A stretch of DNA of 64,000 nucleotides from Octopus vulgaris (Eukaryota), in contig OX597831.1 of NCBI GenBank assembly GCA_951406725.2, forward strand, positions 33,666,001 through 33,730,000. The letters run 5' to 3'. The notes beneath the pieces were generated by a model. It was not told the origin of the DNA and made no database searches. It worked only from the letters and a program-made list of their open reading frames with translations. The translations under genes and the position numbers were made by a program. Shown here piece by piece: positions 15,336 to 30,060 of this stretch (position 1 is its first letter; each line of letters starts with the position of its first letter).

Positions 15336-15746
15336 TGTGTGGCTGAGTGGCTGAAATCCACTTCAACAGGAGTATCAGAATCCAAATAAATAACATGGAA
15401 GCAAATATTCATGAAACAGATTAGAAATAAAAGAAACATCTCAAATTTCGATAAAATCAATAATAATAATAGAACACGCCAAACAACAACAACAACAACA
15501 GCGTAATATGACAAACGTTACGTAGCTGAAATCAAAGAATTACTAAGAGTAGTGGTCAGGTTGTTGCATGCACGATCGTGGGTTCCATTTCGGGATTGGG
15601 TGGTACGTTTTGCTTCATTTCACGTTACTCTGTGCTCACCTCGACGTCCGACGTGTGGTACAATGTGCACCTGCACAGGTAATGGCGATTTGATGGAGAG
15701 AGTCACCAGGTGTGCAGCACAAACATTTGATCGCAGAAAACAAACA

Positions 15747-16107
15747 GGCGCAGGAGTGGCTGTGTGGTAAGTAGCTTGTTTGCCAACCACATGGTTCCGG
15801 GTTCAGTCCCACTGCGTGGCACCTTGGGCGAGTGTCTTCCACTATAGCCTCGGGCCGACCAAAGCCTTGTGAGTGGATTTGGCAGACGGAAACTGAAAGA
15901 AGCCCGTTGTATATATGTATATATATATGTGTGTGTGTGCGTGTATGTTTGTGTGTCTGTGTTTGTCCCCCTAGCATTGCTTGGCAACCGATGCTGGTGT
16001 GTTTATGTCCCCGTTACGTGGCGGTTCGGCAAAAGAGACCGATAGAATAAATACTGGGCTTACAAAAGAATAAGTCCCGGGGTCGAGTTGCTCGATTAAA
16101 GGCGGTG
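15747..16107 (+). mobile_element. tRNA-derived SINE family B
   Basis: Head ggcgcaggagtggctgtgtggtaag..gggttcagtccc, internal TA/TG tract, tail with gcggttcggcaaaagagaccg. Confidence 0.85.
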
Positions 16108-16330
16108 TGTGAAAGAGTAAAACGCTTTTGTAGATACTAAGACAACGATATACTGTTGTTGGTCAATTCCTGGTGCAACACATGTCCTGAGTTTTAGATA
16201 AAACTGACGTAACGCGAAAGATCATTGTTCATTTTGATATCTTTGTCAGTGACCATGGTGGACTGGTCCTGTCGTAAACTACAAATGAGGATTTCGGATT
16301 CGGCAACTCCTTGCTGAACGACCTGCATAG

Positions 16331-16747
16331 ACTCTTTTACTCTTTTACTCTTTTACTTGTTTCAGTCATTTGACTGCGGCCATGCTGGAGCACCTCCTGT
16401 AGTCGAGCATATCGACCCCAGGACTTATTCTTTGAAAGCCTAGTACTTATTCTATCGTTCTCTTTTGCCGAACCGCTAAGTTACGGGGACGTAAACACAC
16501 CAACATCAGTTGTCAAGCGAAGTTGGGTGGGGGGAGAGACAAACACAGACACACACACATATATATACATATACATATATACGACGAGCTTCTTTCAGTT
16601 TCCGCATACCAAATCCACTCACAAGGCTTTGGTCGGCCCGAGGCTATAGTAGAAGACACTTGCCCAAGGTGCCACGCAGTGGGACTGAACCCGGAACCAT
16701 GTGGTTGGTAAGCAAGCTACTTACCACACCGCAGCCACTCCTGCGCC
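16331..16747 (-). mobile_element. SINE family B, full length
   Basis: Reverse complement of family B including the (taaaagag)n tail. Confidence 0.85.
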
Positions 16748-16929
16748 TATATTATTTGCATATATTACTTTATGTGGTGTCGATCATTTCAGCCCCTGCT
16801 GCATTGTGTATTCAGCGGATGTGTTGTTTGTACGAGTAATATGCTTGTCTGTACGTATGCATCTTTTATATAAAAGTACGTACGTATATGACTGCATACA
16901 TCATGTTGAACCGTTGATCCCTAGACATT

Positions 16930-17110
16930 CTTTTTTTCGCTCGGATTTTTTTCGATCTCTCTCCATTTTTCTTCTATTAATCCTTTCTGTCGAAGAGCAC
17001 AGGCTCGAAATGTCAAAGACTTTTCCATTCTTCCCCAGCGTTAAACTAGTACACCTGCTTGTTTTACCTCCACCTGTCTTCGTCTTTTGCTTTCTGTAAA
17101 TTTGAACTAC
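16930..17110 (+). mobile_element. Related Penelope-like repeat with mutated hammerhead (16983-17018); partial minus-strand relative at ~39465-39573
   Basis: CUUU-CUGUCGA-A-GAGC-ACAG-GCUC-GAAAUGUC/AAAG with core A6>U; ends in a microsatellite. Confidence 0.5.
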
Positions 17111-17140
17111 ATACACACACACAAACACACACACACAAAC

Positions 17141-17188
<48 letters not shown>

Positions 17189-17420
17189 ATGTGTGTGTGT
17201 TATCTTTTACTTGTATCATTCATTAGACTGCAGCCATGTTAGGTCACCACCTTTAAGGCTATAGTCCAAGAAGTTGACCTCGGCACGCATTTTATATTTT
17301 AATTGTTTTTTTAAATTTTATTTTAATGTGGTATTTATTCTATGCGTTTCTCTTTTTTACCGAATCGCTAAATTACGGAGACGTAACCAAATAAACAGTG
17401 GGTTTGAAGCAATGTAAGAG

Positions 17421-17484
<64 letters not shown>

Positions 17485-17580
17485 CCTACCTACTTACATA
17501 TCCATATATCCAGCCATTCTTCCATCCATCCATCCATCCATCCATCCATCCATCCATCCATCCATACATATAAACATACA

Positions 17581-18560
17581 TACAGAGTGCTCGAGCTAAA
17601 TTATGACAGTTTGCATAAAAAAGAGGGACGCACAGTATCCCATCCAAAAATAATAGTATTTTCAAAAAAACCCAGAAAATCAAGTATGACTGGGAGATAA
17701 TAATTTATTCAAAGTGGCCACCTTCAGCTTTCACCACAGCCTCAAGACGGGCTTCGGAACATGGTGCATACGTTCATCACTGTAACCTTGGAAAGATCTT
17801 TCGAGCCCCTCCATTCCCAGTCACTAACGGTGTGAAGCAGGGCTTTATATTCGCACCTAGTCTGTTCAACATGATGTTTTCGAACATGCTGACGAGTGCC
17901 AAGATCAGATTCAGGACTGATGTCAGGCTCTTCAACCGGCAGAGACTACAGGCCAAGACCAAGAGGAATTCCTGTTCGCGTGACTTCCTGTTCGGCCTTG
18001 ATGTTGCAGGTAGAACGGTTGATGTCTTTCTCAACCACGCCTCACACACAATAATCCATGGGATTACAATCGGAGGAATTGGGAATCTGGAAACTTGGGC
18101 TGATGAAATAGTAGAATTTCTTCGATAATCACTTCTGACTTCTTCCAGAAGTATGACAAGGAGCTAAATCCTGCTGCCACACATATGGCCTGCCAGCGGC
18201 ACTACTCTCCAGCCAGAGTTTGACAACAGTGTCCTGCCAGCGGCACTACTTGTCTGAATTGAGCCTAAAGCACTGTCCAAAGATGTGGGGATGAATTGTG
18301 GCATGTGGACGCAGTCATAATGCCCTCCGTGTCCCTTCGTGGTGGCCATGGCTTCATAGTCTCCATTGCAGCTGGCTATGTCACTGCTTATTGCCCTTAC
18401 AGTGTTCACAGAGCATTGAGCAACAGTCATGATGACTGCACTTTGATACCCAACATAAACCATCATTATACAGGTACCATTTTTATAATATCCAGTCGGC
18501 TTCCAGTCCTTGACATCAGCTAATTTTTACTCAACTAAAATTTTTATCTTCATGCTCTCC
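17581..18560 (-). mobile_element. Decayed Tc1/mariner-superfamily (maT-like) transposon interrupted by an RTE fragment
   Basis: AAGRPYVWQQDLAPCHT, PNSSDCNPMDY and C-terminal RLEAVVKAEGGHFE; left end lies at a TA. Confidence 0.7.
17800..18010 (+). mobile_element. RTE reverse-transcriptase fragment
   Basis: FPVTNGVKQGFIFAPSLFNMMFSNML...RLFNRQRLQAKTK. Confidence 0.8.
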
Positions 18561-18581
18561 AGTGTCATTCACAGTTTACCA

Positions 18582-18678
<97 letters not shown>

Positions 18679-19112
18679 ACGGGCTTCTTTCTGTTTCCGT
18701 CCAGCAAATAAACTTACAAGGCTATGGTTGTCCATGGGCCAAAGGATATAGTACACTTGCAGTGGGACTGAACCCGGAATCATCTGCTTGGAAAGTAAAC
18801 CAGTAAACCTCTTGCTACATAACCATGCCTGCGCCTATATATATATATATATATATATATAGATGTATGTATGTGTGTGTGTGTATATGTGTGTGTGTGT
18901 ATGTGTATTTGTGTGTGTTAGTCTGTGCGTATTATATCCATACACACACAAATATATATATATATATATATATATACGCACACACACACCAGACATTTAA
19001 CAAGTCCGGCTTTAATTTACTTTCGTCTGCGACTCCTATTTCATCATCATTATTATCACATTATCCCCAATTTACTCTGTCTTCTCCGTAGCTCCTCCCC
19101 GTCTCGTACATC

Positions 19113-19143
<31 letters not shown>

Positions 19144-19632
19144 TTTCACCACCACCATCGGCACCATCTTCATCAGAACCACCACCACCACCACCACCAC
19201 TACCGTCATCACCACTTCAAACACCACCGACAGCTGTCTCAATTTCGCCTTGTCGTACCATACAACCGCACACATAAATAGATTCACACACACACACATA
19301 TACATATATATACATGCACATTTATACACATGCATAAACACACACGCACACGCGCGCGCACTCACACACACACACACACACACATACAGAGTCACAGGAA
19401 AGGAGTAACTGTCATTGAGAGTTATTGAACTGTCAAACCGAATCCATTTATCATTCGAATGACATTCTCTCCCCTTGATGTCGATCTTTAGGACGTCATA
19501 TAACGAAATCTTGTGCGAGGAATAGTGTCTGTGTTTAGCATCGAAATTTCTCGGAAATTCTAAAGTTTCCAAACAGTGTACATAATTTAGGTTGTTATGT
19601 ATGTATGAATGTATGTATGTATGTGTGTGTGC

Positions 19633-19699
<67 letters not shown>

Positions 19700-19731
19700 C
19701 ACAATATATATCTATATATATATATATATAC

Positions 19732-19775
<44 letters not shown>

Positions 19776-19792
19776 TGTATGTATGTGTGTAT

Positions 19793-19900
19793 GTCATTGT
19801 TCAGTTTTATTTCCAGATTTCTTGCCAATCGAGAAAGAGCCGGTTTCTAATCTAGATTCAAGGTTCCTTCATTTGAATTTCAACATCAATAGCGTATTTT
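19793..19900. repeat. Short dispersed repeat embedded in microsatellites; second copy at 43867-43978
   Basis: Shared gtcatt.ttcagttt.atttc.agatttcttgcca..gagaaaga.ccggtttctaa. Confidence 0.7.
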
Positions 19901-20104
19901 TGCATGTATGTATGCATGTATGTATGTATGTATGTATTTATTTATGTATGTATGTATGCATGTATGTATGTATGTATGTATGTATGTATGTATGTATGTA
20001 TGTATGTATGTATGTATATATGTATGTATATGTGCAGAATTTGAAGTTAGCGCATCTTCAGATATGTATGTTTTGTTTTATGTATGTATTCTTACGTATA
20101 TAAT

Positions 20105-20345
20105 TGCATGTCAAGGTATTCACATATTTATTTAAAGGACAAACTTCTGGAAAATTGTACAGATATTTTACAGTTCCACTAATGGATAGGATCTGTAATC
20201 TTCGAATCGGCTTTCTCCTTCGTGGTTTTCAGAAGTCTTATTTCTCAAAATTGGTATTTAGGCAGTGTGTTACATATCCCAGGCCTCCAATAATTACAGG
20301 TATAAACCTGAACTTGTAATCTGGATAGAATAACTCTAGATTTGT
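20105..20345 (-). mobile_element. 3' tip of a restriction-like-endonuclease LINE inside (ATGT)n
   Basis: YPDYKFRFIPVIIGGLGYV...RRLQILSISGTVK. Confidence 0.6.
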
Positions 20346-20476
20346 ATGCTTTGGTTTATGCATGTATGTACGCATGTATGTGTGTACGTATGGATGTTTG
20401 TATGCATGCATGTATCTATGTATGTACGTACGGACGTATACTTGAGTCTGTGTATGTATCTATGTATGTGTGTATA

Positions 20477-20792
20477 GGGCGCGTGGGTTAGTGGTTAGGG
20501 CATTCGGCTCAAGATCGTAAGGTCGTGAGTTCAATTCCCGGTGTTGTATCCTTGAGAAAGACACTTTATTTCACGTAGCTTCAGTCAATTCAACTGGCAA
20601 AAATGAGTAGTGGCTGTATTCCAAAGGCCCACCCTTGTCACACTCTGTGTCACGCTGAATCTCCCTGAGAACTACGTGAAGGGTACACGTGTCTGTGGAG
20701 TGCTCAGCCACGTGCACGTTAATTTCACGAGCAGACTGTTGCGTTGATGGTATCAGCTGGGACCCTCGTCGTCGTAACCGACGGAGTGCTCC
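20477..20792 (+). mobile_element. tRNA-derived SINE family D; related head at 38490-38707(-)
   Basis: A-box tgggttagtggtt and B-box gagttcaattccc; tail ccttgtcacactctgtgtcacgctgaatctccc. Confidence 0.75.
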
Positions 20793-21006
20793 TTTTTTTA
20801 TATGTAAATGTGCATGTGTGTGTGCATGTATATGGATTTATGTATGCATGTATATATATATATGAATATCTGCATGCGCGTATGTCTGTGCATGTATGTA
20901 CGTATGTAGTTATGTATGTCTGTTTATAAATATGCATGCATGTTTGCATGTATGTATGTATCGGCGTGCACGTTTGCAAGTATATATATATATATATATG
21001 TATATG

Positions 21007-21039
<33 letters not shown>

Positions 21040-21510
21040 ATGTGTGTAGCTCTGTGTGTGTTTATGAGTTTGGCTGTATGCGTATATATGCATATATATG
21101 TTAGTCAGTCTGTATCTATACATATATGTGTGTATACAAGTATGTTTACATATGTGAATCTGTACATATATGTCTGTCCGTATGTAGACAGGTGAGGTAC
21201 GAATGTAGGTGTCTCAGGGTCTTAAAACTTCTGGGTTGGCGTCAGGTGCGCTGTAAGGCCACTGAGTGTAAGGCAGCTCCTACTAGTCACCAAAACTTAT
21301 TTCAAGAAGGTTAATCTGATATATAACATCCATTGGAGATTATCTTGGATGTCTATGTATACAGCTTTTCCTATTATGGGAGAAAATATTTTTCCACATA
21401 CACACACACATACATATATTTGTATCTAGCTATGTGTGGATGTATGTATATATGTATGTATGTATGTATGCATGTATGTATGTATGTAAGTATGTATGTA
21501 TGTATGTATG

Positions 21511-21571
<61 letters not shown>

Positions 21572-21578
21572 CCCCTTC

Positions 21579-21622
<44 letters not shown>

Positions 21623-21700
21623 CTGTCTATCTGTCTGTCTGTCTGTCTGTATGTCTGTCTTTCTGTCTGTGTATGTTTGTATGTATCTATGTATCTATCA

Positions 21701-21748
<48 letters not shown>

Positions 21749-21836
21749 CCCCTCCCTTCCCCCTCTCTCTCTATCTATCTATCTCCCCTCCCTCCCCCTC
21801 TCTATCTAGCTGTCTATCTCCCCTCCCTCCCTTCCT

Positions 21837-21886
<50 letters not shown>

Positions 21887-23175
21887 CTACTTATCTATCT
21901 ATGACATATAATATCATTCAACACGATTTCGAGCAAGACCTTCGTTTGATTATCTCCTTAAAGCAAAAAGGACGGGGACTTTCAGTCCTGCTAGGGATCT
22001 GCAGGCTTTTGGACGCCTCTTACTACCCACGCCTTCATTTCATCGAGAAATTTTTCAATGAGTATTTCGGAATTTTCGGCTACAGTCATCCATAGTATAT
22101 AACACATAATAGAAATGTCAAAAAAAAAAAAAACAACAAAGAAAAAGAACAAAAGAAAAACCCAAAACGTGCGACGCATATACTTGAAGTGTTTGAAAGA
22201 GAGTAAAAGATTTGCTCAGAACCTGTCCCACCCTTTAAAACCCCTATGCTTAAAAAAGAACTAGTCTACATCATTGGTTGCAAACAAAGTCGCAAGTGTT
22301 AGTCAGAGTTTTCCTTTTCTTAAAGAAATGTTTACACAAAGACGAAGCAATAACAACGCAGAGACGCATGCGCCCTACAGTCCAGTGACGTCACATTCTA
22401 CCCAGAATAGAATGCGCGTTTACACAAGTCCAGGTGGAAAATTTTCTATTTGGATTATTCTTGCAGCCTCAGATCTTATCATTGCCAATTACAACCGAAC
22501 GTGTTTGCACTCCCCCCAAACACAGACACACTGAAACACACACGCACGCATACAAACACACACACAGAGACACATACATACACACGATCAGAAGAATGCA
22601 AATGGGGTTTTAAATTTACGATAGCTGTTTCGGTAGTAGTTTATTGATGCATTGATAAACTACATCAAATTATATATCCCCATTATCCTTTTGATTGAAA
22701 CAAATAATAGAATGTGTAAACATGCAAGGTTAAACGTTGAAGAAGATGAACTATCCGAGAACTAATAGGATAAAGAAGTGATATTTTAAAAACGAACAAT
22801 CGAATTTATAGAGAGAATTGGAGAAATAAACGTTCTAGGAGGAAAGACATCAAAGCAATACCATTTTCCAAGTTGTTATCTTAAGTAGTTTATGCCCTGA
22901 CTCGCAGTGAAGAAGAGCAGGAAGGAGGCAGACCATCCAAAACAATTCTAGGAATATTCAGAAAGACAAGTCATCAGGTTTTGGGGCTGTAGAACGACAC
23001 AAAACGGTCATCACCACTCCACGCAAACACACACAAGGTCATATAGACATACATTCGTTTACATTTGTAGATAAGAATACACTACACACGCACACACATA
23101 CACACACACACACATTCATGTATGTGACCATAGATAGATAGATACATGCATATATATGTGTGTGTGTATATATAT

Positions 23176-23217
<42 letters not shown>

Positions 23218-23238
23218 TATATGTATATATATATACAC

Positions 23239-23380
<142 letters not shown>

Positions 23381-24745
23381 ATGTATGTATGTAGTGTTGT
23401 CCACAATGTATTTACCGTTCTGAAATGCAATGAATATAAATCAAGATAAAAACGAAGCTTTCGCTTGACAGCTTCAAATCGAGAAAGCAATATTTTTTTT
23501 TAAAGAAAAAGAAAAAAAAATCGCTGGTGGATTTCACGTTATTAATCTGTAAACCCCGCCCCCCACCCAAAAAACAATATATTTCAATGAATTTATTGAT
23601 GCCTAGAGATAATCTCGTTGAAGAAGACAGAGTGGAACTTCTACATTGTAACAAACCATTAGTGGATATTCGACAGACGACAAATAACTTATACAGGATT
23701 CTGCCAATAGTCCGTAAATTAAGACATCCCTGGAGTGCAGACGATACATTATTCATCACCCCGCTCTCCATTTACTCCTCATAGAAAATAATTTATTTTC
23801 TAATCAGTTGATTCATACCGTTTAAATGAAACATATGATGAATTCCTGCCATATAATTTCTAGAAGTTTTCCAGGAGATCAGTTAACTACGACAACAATG
23901 TATCATTAATTCGTCTCTTGCTGTATACATTCTTTCCTCTGTAGGGATTAAGTTAACACGCTTCTTTTTTAAATTTTACATACATACTGTAAGTCAATAT
24001 GCGTGTTGTTGACATGTCGGCAGATAAAAGAGGAGAGTAAGAGAATATTTAAGATTAATTGAAGGAATCTATATATATGCTATTCAAGTTGATGAAACAT
24101 CGGGTGCAATTGAGAAATGTTACCTTATGGGATTTGTTCCGTTTATTCAGGAAGGTGATATATGCAATCCAGTAACTTAAAACAACTGAAATCGTTGCAT
24201 TGTGGGTGGTAAAGGTTGAGTGTAGAAGCTTTGCATGGTTCACTGTTAAGAGGGGGATTCGTATTTTGGGTGTCGTTGGACGTGAAGCAAATTTGAGGGG
24301 CAGCAAAGAGGTAGGTTAGTACGAATAAGAACTTTGAAGGTGGTGCCTCCGAATAGCTGAAGTCCAGTGACTGAAACAAGTAACAGATAAAAAAAAAAGG
24401 AAGAGAAAGTTACTGTGGCTGTTTACACGTAGGTCAACCCTCATTGAAAAGACTTAAAACAATCCAACCTTGCCCATTCCATCTTTTTTATATTAATTTC
24501 AAGCAGTGTGCATCAAGGACAGTATTATTCAAAGTTCCTTCCTTTTAAGCTGCTAGGATTTTGATAGAAGTCCAATTACGCTGCTATTTCTTGTATGTCG
24601 GGCGACCTCTTTGTGGTCTTCTTTTCTCCTCTTTTCCCCAAAGATGAGGCAATAGACGTGAGTGAAAAATATATTTTAATTGTTTGAGCTCGATCATGAA
24701 ACTTGAGTGATGCGCCCGATTAAATTTTTTTAATGCCACCTGAGA

Positions 24746-24800
<55 letters not shown>

Positions 24801-25499
24801 TTTCTTTCTTTTTCTTTTTTTCTTTCTTTCTTTCATTCTTTCTTTCTTTCCGTATAAAATATAAAATTCATTAAAAAATATGTGAACAATAGCGTCGGTG
24901 GGTATAGGCTTCTAGCGAACCACTTACCGATTCACTGCATTTTTGACAGAAATATTTGACGATGGAGTATCTGTAACATGGCGTAGAGTTAATATCACAA
25001 GAGACTTCTTTGTTTCTCGGTTTTCACACTGATATTCACATAAGCTAAAGACACACACACACATTTACATAAGCACATACACACACACACGTCCTCACCC
25101 CACACGTATGCACACATGCGTAAACATAGAGAGTAAGCTTTCGTAAATCTTCTACTTAGTAATTTTCCTGTTAAACAGCTGTTGGCAAATCTCAGGATTG
25201 TCCAGTGTGGCACGGAAGCTGGTCAAAACTAAAACTAAACGGATATTGTTTTGAAGTAATTAGCATTGAGTGAAGAAAACCCTTTATCACTACAGTCCTG
25301 TAAAAAGGTATTTTTCTTAATTTGAATAGTCGAAGGCAGAACGAGTTTTTCTTGTAGGTTACAGGAATCAGAATGTAGTTGAAAAACATTCCAGAAAATG
25401 AACATAATGATATTGACTATTATTTAGCGAGCCATATATAAATAATTAAGCCATGGAGAAAACCATTATCGATCGACCAATCCATCTATTCACCAGTAC

Positions 25500-25712
25500 A
25501 TACATGCATGACCGCATGTGTACCGTTGGCGATTATTTTACCTCCGTCTTCCCTTCCTTGGATCTTTCCTTTTCCTATGTTTCTGACGAAGAGCTCCGTT
25601 CGAAACGTTAAATCCGCCTTCTTTCTTTCCTTTCCTGAGCATCCAATAACACTATACTTGTTCCATGTCCTCGCGTTCTTGTGTTTTCTCTTTGTTCATG
25701 TTTGGATTAACT
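25500..25712 (+). mobile_element. Penelope-like pseudo-LTR-type repeat with minimal hammerhead (25579-25613)
   Basis: GUUU-CUGACGA-A-GAGC-UCC-GUUC-GAAACGUU/AAAU; runs directly into (CTAT)n. Confidence 0.55.
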
Positions 25713-25734
25713 ATCTATCTATCTACCTACCTAC

Positions 25735-25833
<99 letters not shown>

Positions 25834-25846
25834 GCTACCTACCTAC

Positions 25847-25889
<43 letters not shown>

Positions 25890-25921
25890 AATCTATCTAT
25901 CTATCTATCTATCTATCTATA

Positions 25922-25978
<57 letters not shown>

Positions 25979-26037
25979 GGCTGAGAGACAGAAAGAAACT
26001 ATAGAAAAGTGTGTGTGTGTGTGTGTGTGTCTGTCTG

Positions 26038-26103
<66 letters not shown>

Positions 26104-26408
26104 CATCTATCTATCTATCTAGCTAGCTAGCTAGCTATCTATCTATCTAGTGGAAAGGCAACTAACAGCACGAAAGACAGGATAATATTTGTTATTATTA
26201 GTTGTACGCCTCTAGAAATAGAAAAGTTTTCAATAATTCAGAGTTAAATTGTTCATTTGGAGAGACAGAAAGAAACTATAGAACAGATTAGGAAAAGCGT
26301 ATAAACAATTACGAGACGGTTATGTAATACACCCATTACTTCTTTCGCTACCCTTTATTATTTCAGTAAAGCACTGAACCAATTTATGTATGTATGTATG
26401 TATATACG

Positions 26409-26491
<83 letters not shown>

Positions 26492-26492
26492 A

Positions 26493-26583
<91 letters not shown>

Positions 26584-26886
26584 TTATCCCCCAAAAGAAA
26601 AGCTCTACCTTGTAACTTGTCCCATCTGTGTGCAGCCCTGTGTGGCCAATAAAGAAACTTATCTATCTATCTATCTATCTTTCTATCTATCATATTATCA
26701 CACACATTTGCATCAAACTTTATCAGATTACCTAACGCAAGTACAGACAGACACAGGTACACACATGAATATAAATGTGCAGACACAAATGCACGTGTGG
26801 GTATACACATTTATATGTATGTATATTTGCATATGTGTATACATATATATATATATTTGTATATAAATATATTTATATATGCACGT

Positions 26887-26971
<85 letters not shown>

Positions 26972-27144
26972 CATATATATATGTGTGTATATACATACGT
27001 GTATATATAATAGACATTTATAATAGATAACAAGACGAATGTCTCACACCTTGTAGCTTACTAGTAAAGCACAATCACTTTCAAAGTAGTTAATAATAGA
27101 TTCTCGTACATTCCATCTTCCATCTTTCATTTGCCATAAACATG

Positions 27145-27229
<85 letters not shown>

Positions 27230-28084
27230 CTCATATACATATATGTGTACGTATGTATACATACATACCCACGCGCGCGCACACACAAACACAATCATAT
27301 ATGCACACGCATACACTCCTATAGGCATACAGACTCAGATATACACGTATACTTACAGAGACAGACGTGTACGTGCCCGCACACAAACACACGCACACAC
27401 ACGCACACGCACACACACAAAAACAAACACACACCTACATTCTTACTGTCATATAGACACTCGGAACCGACCTACAAAATTAGAGTTAATTTAATTCATA
27501 TAAGGTTTGAAATTAATGGCGTCCGTACCGAAATCGAATTGTCGGTGGATGATTTGGTTCGTCTCCGTAACATACACACACGTCTGCTGCAACGGCTTGG
27601 CTTACAATCGAATTTATTAGGATGCAATTTTATAAGTTATACAGAACAAGAAACATGAATACTACACACAAAATATAAGAAAAAATACAAACAAACAAAT
27701 ACCATTTTTGTTACCATATTTAGCGTTGTTAGTATTGTTGCTGTAGTTTTTTTAGCCATAGGCCAACTTTGTCTGAATAGATTAATGGCGAAAATCATTT
27801 GAGATAAGAACGTTCTCTTTTTGTCTGCATTGTCGAATGACTTTGGCTTTTAAGGTAATGTTGTGTACTTGTGTGGAAGGATTAGCTGTTGTTTCTCGCA
27901 CGAAGAGTGACTGCAAAGAAGCCCATTTCTATTTCTATGTCTTGTTGTTTCCTGTTTTTATTTATGTTTAGCTATTTATTTATTTGTTTGTTTTTCTTAT
28001 GTTTAAAAGGAAATGTGTGAGTATATGTGTGTCTGTGTGTGCGTATACAAGAGAGCTATGTCAGACTTTACAGAATCCTTGTCC

Positions 28085-28255
28085 TCTACCGGATCGATTC
28101 CAAAATCTAATGAGATTGTGTCAGTCACAAGGGTCAAACATCCCTGAAAGTTTCATCCGAATCCAACCTGCGGTTTGAGATATCATGTCCACGGCAAACA
28201 AGCAAACAAACAAATGCGACTAAAAAAACAATACCTCCGGCTTCGTTAAGCTGGA

Positions 28256-28260
<5 letters not shown>
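28085..28260 (+). mobile_element. Non-autonomous Helentron/HINE-like 3' fragment
   Basis: aaagtttcatccgaatcc..tttgagatatc motif, (CAAA)n and terminal hairpin tacctcc..ggaggta. Confidence 0.45.
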
Positions 28261-28305
<45 letters not shown>

Positions 28306-28344
28306 TGATGATGATGATGATGATGATTATGATGATAGAAGTAG

Positions 28345-29070
28345 TAGTTGTTTTTCCTTTCTCGTTTTTTTTTGTAATTCCTGGCGTCTTGCATGCGTAG
28401 CGAGCTTGCTACCTGCAGCCTACGGTATTATGCTATCTTTTCTTTTCAACTATCTTATATACTTTCCTGATTATTCTGGCCATGCCAAGGAGGCAAACCT
28501 TTTGTAACAACTCTACTGGGCATTCTATACCGATATCGTTCATATTCCTCTTGATGTTTTCCGATACTGTTCCCAAGGACCAAGTAATAATTCACACTAT
28601 CTTCATCTTCTTCGTTTTCAATAGCCGGGCTATTTCGTATTTAAGAAGATTGTATATATATATCTATTTTATTGTATACATCTTTGACTATTCGCGGGTC
28701 AAAGGGGCACGCAACATCAAGTATATAGCACATGTGGCGCATATTGTCCACCATTACGGGATCCAGTCTGTTATGCTCTAGCACCTGGTCTGTTTGGATT
28801 GGAAAATCTCAGAGGATTTTGCAGGTCTCCGACTTCGCCACACTCTGTGTTTTGTGCTCATAGCACGTCTTGCCTCTCTCTGGTCCTCACTTTTCGTACA
28901 GTTTCCAATGTAGCACTTTCGCTACTTGGTTGTGTCGCTACAACTTGTAGTGGTTTTGGACAAGTCTAGGGCATTCTTACGCGAAATGGGCAATAGCTTG
29001 ATCCATTCTATTACATGTATTACAGATGCGGAAAAATGGAGACACTTGTTTATTCCTAAGGTTGACCCTC
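28345..29070 (-). mobile_element. R4/Dong-like LINE 3' fragment
   Basis: ECPRLVQNHYK..RHNQVAKVLHWKL and LQKVCLLGMARIIR; adjoins TTA repeats. Confidence 0.7.
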
Positions 29071-29124
29071 CAATAATAGTTGTTGTTGTTGTCGTCGTTG
29101 TTATTGTTGTTGTTGTTATTATTA

Positions 29125-29179
<55 letters not shown>

Positions 29180-29180
29180 G

Positions 29181-29233
<53 letters not shown>

Positions 29234-29259
29234 CATCATCATCATCATTATTATTATTA

Positions 29260-29339
<80 letters not shown>

Positions 29340-29342
<3 letters not shown>

Positions 29343-29962
29343 TAGTTTTACTTTTATAACGTGTTTTCACTTCACTACCGAGCGCAGCTATGTGTGCCTT
29401 GGGTATGTGGTGTGATTTGTTGTGATGCTCTGATGGTTATTGTATGGAAAGTGTTCTGCGTAGGATGTGTGCAGTGCCTAGTAGTGCAATTTTCTGTATG
29501 TTATATGTGTTTGTAAGTCCTGGTGTTTTTGTTATGTACTTGTCTGAATATTTTCTTATCATGTCTAATGCACCTACTATGATAGGAATTGTTTCTGTTT
29601 TTAGATTCCATATTCTGGTTACCTCTATTTCCAGGTGTTTGTATTTTGAGAGTTTCTCCATTTCTTTTAGAGACACGTTGTCATCAGCCGGTATTGATAC
29701 ATCAATTAGAAAGTTTTTTTTTCTTCATGATCTCTGACAACTATATCTGGTCTGTTGGCCTTAATTTCTCTATCTGTGTGTATCGGCATATCCCAGAGTA
29801 TGGTTGCTTTCTCGTTTTCTGTGATCTTTTCTGGTGTGTGCCTATACCATCTTTTTTCTGTTGTTATTCCATAATGTTGGCATAGCTTCCAATGTATGTA
29901 GGTTCCAACTCTGTCATGTCTGTGAATATATTCCTTCTTAGCCAGAACTGGGCAGCTATAGA
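29340..29962 (-). mobile_element. R4/Dong-like LINE 3' fragment with well-preserved endonuclease domain
   Basis: [25 protein letters not shown]...[22 protein letters not shown]...KEMEKLSKYKHL...PIIVGAL...QKIALLGTAHILRRTL; (TTA)n on both sides. Confidence 0.92.
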
Positions 29963-29988
29963 TTATTATTATTATTATTATTATTATA

Positions 29989-30060
<72 letters not shown>

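Noticed and set aside
20477-20545. tRNA-like sequences at SINE heads
   Set aside because: A and B boxes are present but there is no complete cloverleaf; they continue into SINE bodies.
22612-22672. Minus-strand hammerhead-like remnant (UUGAUGU...CCGAAACAGCUAU) with hairpin
   Set aside because: Two core mismatches and no stem I pairing; at best a dead copy.
23527-23784. ORF containing an ADD triplet suggestive of reverse transcriptase
   Set aside because: No other RT motifs found around it.
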